Source: an uncultured Pseudomonadota bacterium
GTDB lineage: Bacteria; Myxococcota_A; Polyangia; Fen-1088
NCBI GenBank assembly: GCA_963847705.1
Contig: CAWKBC010000010.1
Span: 96,001-160,000, forward strand
DNA: 64,000 nt
Direction: 5' to 3'
The position numbers and the translations under genes are program-made. Below are positions 59,890 to 64,000 of this stretch, in pieces; position 1 is the stretch's first letter; every line of letters starts with the position of its first letter. The notes beneath the pieces are model-generated. The model ran no database searches. It was not told the DNA's origin and worked only from the letters and a program-made list of their open reading frames with translations.

Positions 59890-62148
59890 ATGAGACTGAC
59901 TTGGCTTGAGACGGGGATGGGGAACGGCGGCGGCGTGGCGCGGCGTCTCCTGGCGGTGGTTGGTGCGCTCGCGATCGCGGGCCTCGCCTGCGGCGGCGGC
60001 TCGACCCAGCCCGCGGGAGAGACCACCGGCGGTTCTGCGGGCAGCAGAAGCGACGCGAGTGCCGATTCAATCTTGGGCAGCGGGGGTGCCTCCGACGGTG
60101 GCGGGACAGGATCCGCCGCCGTCGGAGGCGGCGGGATCGGCAGCTTCGGCGGCGCGAATGGTCTCGGCGGCGCGAGCGGCCCCGGCGGCGCGAGCGGCTC
60201 GGGCGGCGCAAGCGGCCCCGGCGGCGCGAATGGTCTCGGCGGCGCGAACGGCTCCGGCGGCGCGAGCGGCCCCGGCGGCGCGAGTGGCTCCGGCGGGGCT
60301 GCCGGAGCTGTGGGCACGCCGGGCGATCCGTGGGTCGAGCTGGCGCAGCCCACGCTCAGCGTGCAGGGGGGAACGGCGCTCTCTTCCGGTGGTCAGGGCC
60401 AGCCGGGCGGCGTCGTCCACCTGGTCTCTTCAGGCGACACCGATTTCGACCCGGCGCAGCCCGCGGTGGCGGCGCCCTCGGTCCCCGCCCCACCGGCCGG
60501 CGCGACGGCGATCGGTTCGACCGCGCTGGCGGCCGACGCGACGATCGCCGGCGACGCGGTGATCGACGGCAGCGTGACGACCAGCGGAACCGACGCGGTC
60601 CGCAAGCTCACCGTGGGCGGCAATGTCTACCTGACCGGCACGTTGCGAACGGCCGATCTCGGCGCCGGGCGCCAGGGGATCGACCTCGAAGTGAGCGGGA
60701 CGCTCTTCCTGAGCGGAACGCTCGATGCGAGCGGCGCCGCGGGCGCCGGTCAGGCAGGCGGTTCGATTCGACTGGTGGCGGACCAGATCGTCCTCACCGG
60801 CCGGCTCTCCAGCGCCGGCGGCGACGGCCCGAGCCCCGGTGGCGCGGCCGGGGCGGTCGCGATGCAGGCGACGCAGGGGATCGTCGTGACCGGCACCGTC
60901 GACACCTCGGGCGGCAACGCCGGCGGCGCCGGGACGGTCACGGGCGGCGCTGCGGCAGCCCTCACGTTGCAGGCGGGCGGAACCATCGGCGTCGCCGGCA
61001 CGGTGCATCTGCGCGGCGGCGCGGCCACCGCTTCCGGCGCCGGCCCGGCGCAAGGCGGCGCGGCGGCCCCGCTGACGATCAACGCCGACAGCGCGGTGAC
61101 CTTGAGCGGGATCGTCGACGGGCGCGGCGGCCCCGCCAGCGCAGGCGCGGCGGGCGGAACCGTCATCGGCGGAGCGGCCGGGAGCATCCACGTCGGTGAG
61201 ACGGCGCCGCCCCCCACGATCTCCGTCCTCGTTCCGCTGGTCGCCAGCGGCGGCGAGGGGATCGCCTCGGCCGGCGCCGGCGGGACCGTCACGCCGGCGC
61301 CGGGCACCGGCAACGTCAACATCGCCGGCCCGCTGGCGATCGATCTGCGCGGCGGCAACTCGATGTCGGTTCCCGGAGCGGGCGGCCTGCTCGAGGGCGG
61401 CCCGCGCACCGATCCGGGCAGCGGAAGCGTCCACGTCACGGGCGAGATCGACGCCAGCGGCGGCTCGATCCTGATGGGCGGCAGCGGCAACGGCGCCGAC
61501 GGCGGGCGGGTCGACATGGAGCTCACCCCGACGGACGGCGCGGTCACGATCGACATGGCCGCCAAGATCACCGTCGAAGGAGGCGCCTCCGGCGGCACCG
61601 GGACGGCGGGCGGCGGCGGCCACGTCTGGTTCTTCACCAAGGACGGTGACGCGACGATCGCCGGAACGATCTCGGTCCGTGGCGGCGACGCGCCCGATCC
61701 AGGCGGCGTCGGCGGTGAAGGCGGGATGATCTACTTCTTCACCGACAACAACAACAACGCCACCGTGGTCTGCAAAGGCAACCTCGAGGTCACCTCCACC
61801 GGGATGATGGACGCTTCGGGCGGCGACGGCACGATGGGTGGCAGCGGCCGCAACGACGGCATCCAGGGGCTGGTTGCCTCTTTCCCCGACCACCAGGAGG
61901 AGATCTCCATCTTCCTCAACTGCGACGGCGCCCACGGCAACACCTGCAACTGGATGGAGAACGACGGTCTTCTGGTCGCGCGCGGCGGCGTCCACAACGG
62001 TGCCGGCGGCGACATCGTCTATCACGGCATCCCGCCGGGAGTGCTCGGCACGCCCAGCCCGGACAGCGGCGACTATCCAGTCCCCTCGGGAAACATCTCG
62101 AACCAGGGCGACGGGACCGGCCTGCCCGGCGACTTCGACGGCGAGTGA
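59890..62148 (+). CDS. Large Gly-rich repetitive surface lipoprotein (possible beta-solenoid adhesin or matrix protein)
   Basis: Lipobox GLAC; GGAxGx hexapeptide linker; repeated G.(L/I)DASGG...GG.GG.(I/V).(L/I) units. Start 59890 or 59917. Confidence 0.75.
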   Translation: MRLTWLETGMGNGGGVARRLLAVVGALAIAGLACGGGSTQPAGETTGGSAGSRSDASADSILGSGGASDGGGTGSAAVGGGGIGSFGGANGLGGASGPGGASGSGGASGPGGANGLGGANGSGGASGPGGASGSGGAAGAVGTPGDPWVELAQPTLSVQGGTALSSGGQGQPGGVVHLVSSGDTDFDPAQPAVAAPSVPAPPAGATAIGSTALAADATIAGDAVIDGSVTTSGTDAVRKLTVGGNVYLTGTLRTADLGAGRQGIDLEVSGTLFLSGTLDASGAAGAGQAGGSIRLVADQIVLTGRLSSAGGDGPSPGGAAGAVAMQATQGIVVTGTVDTSGGNAGGAGTVTGGAAAALTLQAGGTIGVAGTVHLRGGAATASGAGPAQGGAAAPLTINADSAVTLSGIVDGRGGPASAGAAGGTVIGGAAGSIHVGETAPPPTISVLVPLVASGGEGIASAGAGGTVTPAPGTGNVNIAGPLAIDLRGGNSMSVPGAGGLLEGGPRTDPGSGSVHVTGEIDASGGSILMGGSGNGADGGRVDMELTPTDGAVTIDMAAKITVEGGASGGTGTAGGGGHVWFFTKDGDATIAGTISVRGGDAPDPGGVGGEGGMIYFFTDNNNNATVVCKGNLEVTSTGMMDASGGDGTMGGSGRNDGIQGLVASFPDHQEEISIFLNCDGAHGNTCNWMENDGLLVARGGVHNGAGGDIVYHGIPPGVLGTPSPDSGDYPVPSGNISNQGDGTGLPGDFDGE
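60148..60291 (+). repeat. 8 x 18-bp coding tandem repeat (GGA[N/S]G[L/P/S])
   Basis: Units such as ggcggcgcgaatggtctc and ggcggcgcgagcggcccc read directly. Confidence 0.9.
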
Positions 62149-62157
62149 CAGGCCGCG

Positions 62158-63216
62158 CTAGGCGCGGGGGACCGTGAAGAAGAACAGAGCGCCGCGTCCG
62201 GGCTCACTCTTGACGCCGATGTCGCCGCCGTGGGCCCGCACGATGCTCTGGGCGATGTAGAGCCCCAGCCCGGTTCCTTTCGAGTCCCCTTTCCAGTACT
62301 GCTCGAAGACGTGCGGGAGATGCTCGGGCTTGATGCCGGCGCCGGTGTCCTCTACGACGAACCGGACCACCCGGTCTCTGTCCGGAGCATCGACCTCGAT
62401 CCGCACGGCGATGCGCCCCCCCTCCGGGGTGAATTTGAGCGCGTTTCCGATCAGGTTCCCCAGCACCTGAAGGAGCCGGTGCCGGTCACCATTGATGAAG
62501 ATCGTCCCCTCCGGTCCGCTCGATTCCAGGATCACGCCGCGCTCCCGCGCCAGCGGCGTCTGAAGCTCGACCGCTTCGTCCACGATCGAGAGAGCCCCCT
62601 CCTTTTCGATCATCATGTGGAGGGTGCCGTGCTCGGCCTGGCCGGCGTCGACCAGATCGCGGATCAGGCTCTCCATCCGGGAGACCGACCGGTCGATGAT
62701 CTTCAGGCGGTGACGCGAATGCGCCTCCATGGCGGGGCTGTTCTGCAGGGCCTCCGAGGTCGCCTTGATCGCCGTCAGCGGATTTCGGAGATCGTGAACG
62801 ACCACCTCCATGACCCGCTCGTGGGCGCGCCTGGCCTCGTCGGCGTGGGCACGGGCCAGGTGCAGCGACTCGACCAGCTCGCAGACCGCCACGCTCACGA
62901 AGAAGAACAGGACCAGATCCGAGTTGATGTGGAACCCGAACGCCGGCTCTGTCCAGAAGTGACCCAGCGCCAGCGTGCTGAGCGCCACCGCGAGCAAGCC
63001 GGGACCGAAGCCGCCGAACCAGGCGGCGAGCATCACCGTGGGAAGGAAGACCAGGTGGCGGTTGTGCTGTCGTCCCCAGATGGGATCGAGGGCCAGGCGC
63101 CCCACCACCACCAGCATGGTCACCACGACGGCACCACCGTAGCGTTTCCAGGCGCGGCGCTGCGGTACGGAAGGCCGGCGTTTATGCGCGGGAAGCCGGC
63201 GTTGAGGCACCCCCAA
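62158..63216 (-). CDS. Membrane sensor histidine kinase with DUF4118-like 4-TM input
   Basis: FLPTVMLAAWFGGFGPGLLA, VHDLRNPL, NLIGNALKFT, DTGAGI, GTGLGL. Confidence 0.9.
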   Translation of the reverse strand: MGVPQRRLPAHKRRPSVPQRRAWKRYGGAVVVTMLVVVGRLALDPIWGRQHNRHLVFLPTVMLAAWFGGFGPGLLAVALSTLALGHFWTEPAFGFHINSDLVLFFFVSVAVCELVESLHLARAHADEARRAHERVMEVVVHDLRNPLTAIKATSEALQNSPAMEAHSRHRLKIIDRSVSRMESLIRDLVDAGQAEHGTLHMMIEKEGALSIVDEAVELQTPLARERGVILESSGPEGTIFINGDRHRLLQVLGNLIGNALKFTPEGGRIAVRIEVDAPDRDRVVRFVVEDTGAGIKPEHLPHVFEQYWKGDSKGTGLGLYIAQSIVRAHGGDIGVKSEPGRGALFFFTVPRA

Positions 63217-63261
63217 GACTACGGTTGAGGTTTCTCCACCGCAACCCGACGCTCGACGGAG

Positions 63262-63855
63262 CTACGACGGCGGGCGGTACTTGATGCTGCAGCCGAGGCT
63301 CTTGGTTTCGGTCAGGGCGGGCGGCTTGCCCGCGACGACGGCGTCGAGCGCGTCTTTCAGATAGCGGTTCTGCACCTTGTCGGGTTCCTTCCGGTTGTCG
63401 TCGACGGCGCCGTGATAGGCCAGCTTGCCGTGACGATCGAACAGGAACACCTCCGGCGTCACGGTGGCACCGAAGGCGCGCGCCACGTTGGAGGTCTCGT
63501 CGACCACGTAGGGGATCTGCATGTTGGCGCTCTTCGCGCGCGCCTGCATTCCGGCGAACCCGTCCTCCTCGTGCTCGCTGGGATCGTTGGCGTTGATCAG
63601 GATGACGCCGACGCCCTTCTTCAGGTAGGCGTTGCCGAGCTCGACGATGCGCCCCTCCCAACCGCGGGCGAACGGGCAGTGATCGCAGGTGAAGATCACC
63701 AGCGTGCCGGCCTTTCCGGTCACGTCGGCGATCGAGACGGCTTTGCCGTCGACGGCGTTCTTCATCTTGATGTTGCTCTGCGGCGCGGGCTGGCCGATGG
63801 GCAGCACGCCTGCCATCGAGAGCGCGGTTGCCAGCACAAACGGTGCGAACGTCAT
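63262..63855 (-). CDS. Exported thioredoxin-like AhpC/TSA redoxin family protein
   Basis: IFTCDHCPF, INAND, FGATVTPEVFLFD, YHGAVDD, GCSIK; RBS GGAG. Confidence 0.9.
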   Translation of the reverse strand: MTFAPFVLATALSMAGVLPIGQPAPQSNIKMKNAVDGKAVSIADVTGKAGTLVIFTCDHCPFARGWEGRIVELGNAYLKKGVGVILINANDPSEHEEDGFAGMQARAKSANMQIPYVVDETSNVARAFGATVTPEVFLFDRHGKLAYHGAVDDNRKEPDKVQNRYLKDALDAVVAGKPPALTETKSLGCSIKYRPPS

Positions 63856-64000
63856 GGCCTTCTCCTTCCAGACTTGGTGGGTCGTTCGGTGGGTCCTCTG
63901 TCGAGCAGACCGGCGGTGCCGAGCTCGAGCGTGTGATAGGTGACAGGCCCACGCCAGGTGTGGCGCTTGTGGCCACGACCGTCGAACAGGAACGACGCCG

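Noticed and set aside
59868-59909. 13-codon ORF MRNEKGSDETDLA coupled to the cotH stop
   Set aside because: Too short to support; may be chance or a frameshifted start of the Gly-rich gene.
60148-60291. CRISPR-like array
   Set aside because: Contiguous in-frame 18-bp coding repeats without spacers; no cas genes.

Overview
GC-rich bacterial chromosome segment. The gene content (Che7-like chemosensory operon, Ser/Thr kinases, CotH lipoproteins, many hybrid kinases) suggests Myxococcota, which is an inference. From left to right: a czcCBA-type heavy-metal RND efflux operon with a small upstream RPP-ending ORF; a guanidine uptake and carboxylation operon (ABC transporter, cgdAB, uca) with no allophanate hydrolase and no recognisable canonical guanidine riboswitch; a complete Che7-like chemosensory operon with a giant, sensor-less, symmetric cytoplasmic chemoreceptor and a HEAT protein; a general-stress/glycogen/trehalose region (Omp85, hemerythrin, ClsB, GlgX-MalQ fusion, TreZ, amylo-1,6-glucosidase) interleaved with signalling genes (two Ser/Thr kinases, an NtrC-type activator, a CHASE3 kinase-CheR-CheB cassette); and a divergent pair of CotH-family lipoproteins followed by a Gly-rich surface lipoprotein. 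The best candidate for an undescribed system is the CotH pair. One copy keeps its catalytic motifs, the other has lost both catalytic Asp residues (pseudokinase), and each has a sigma54-like -24/-12 element. Nine frameshift sites, all single-base insertions (one site has two), look like sequencing errors. No tRNA, rRNA, CRISPR array or mobile element was seen.
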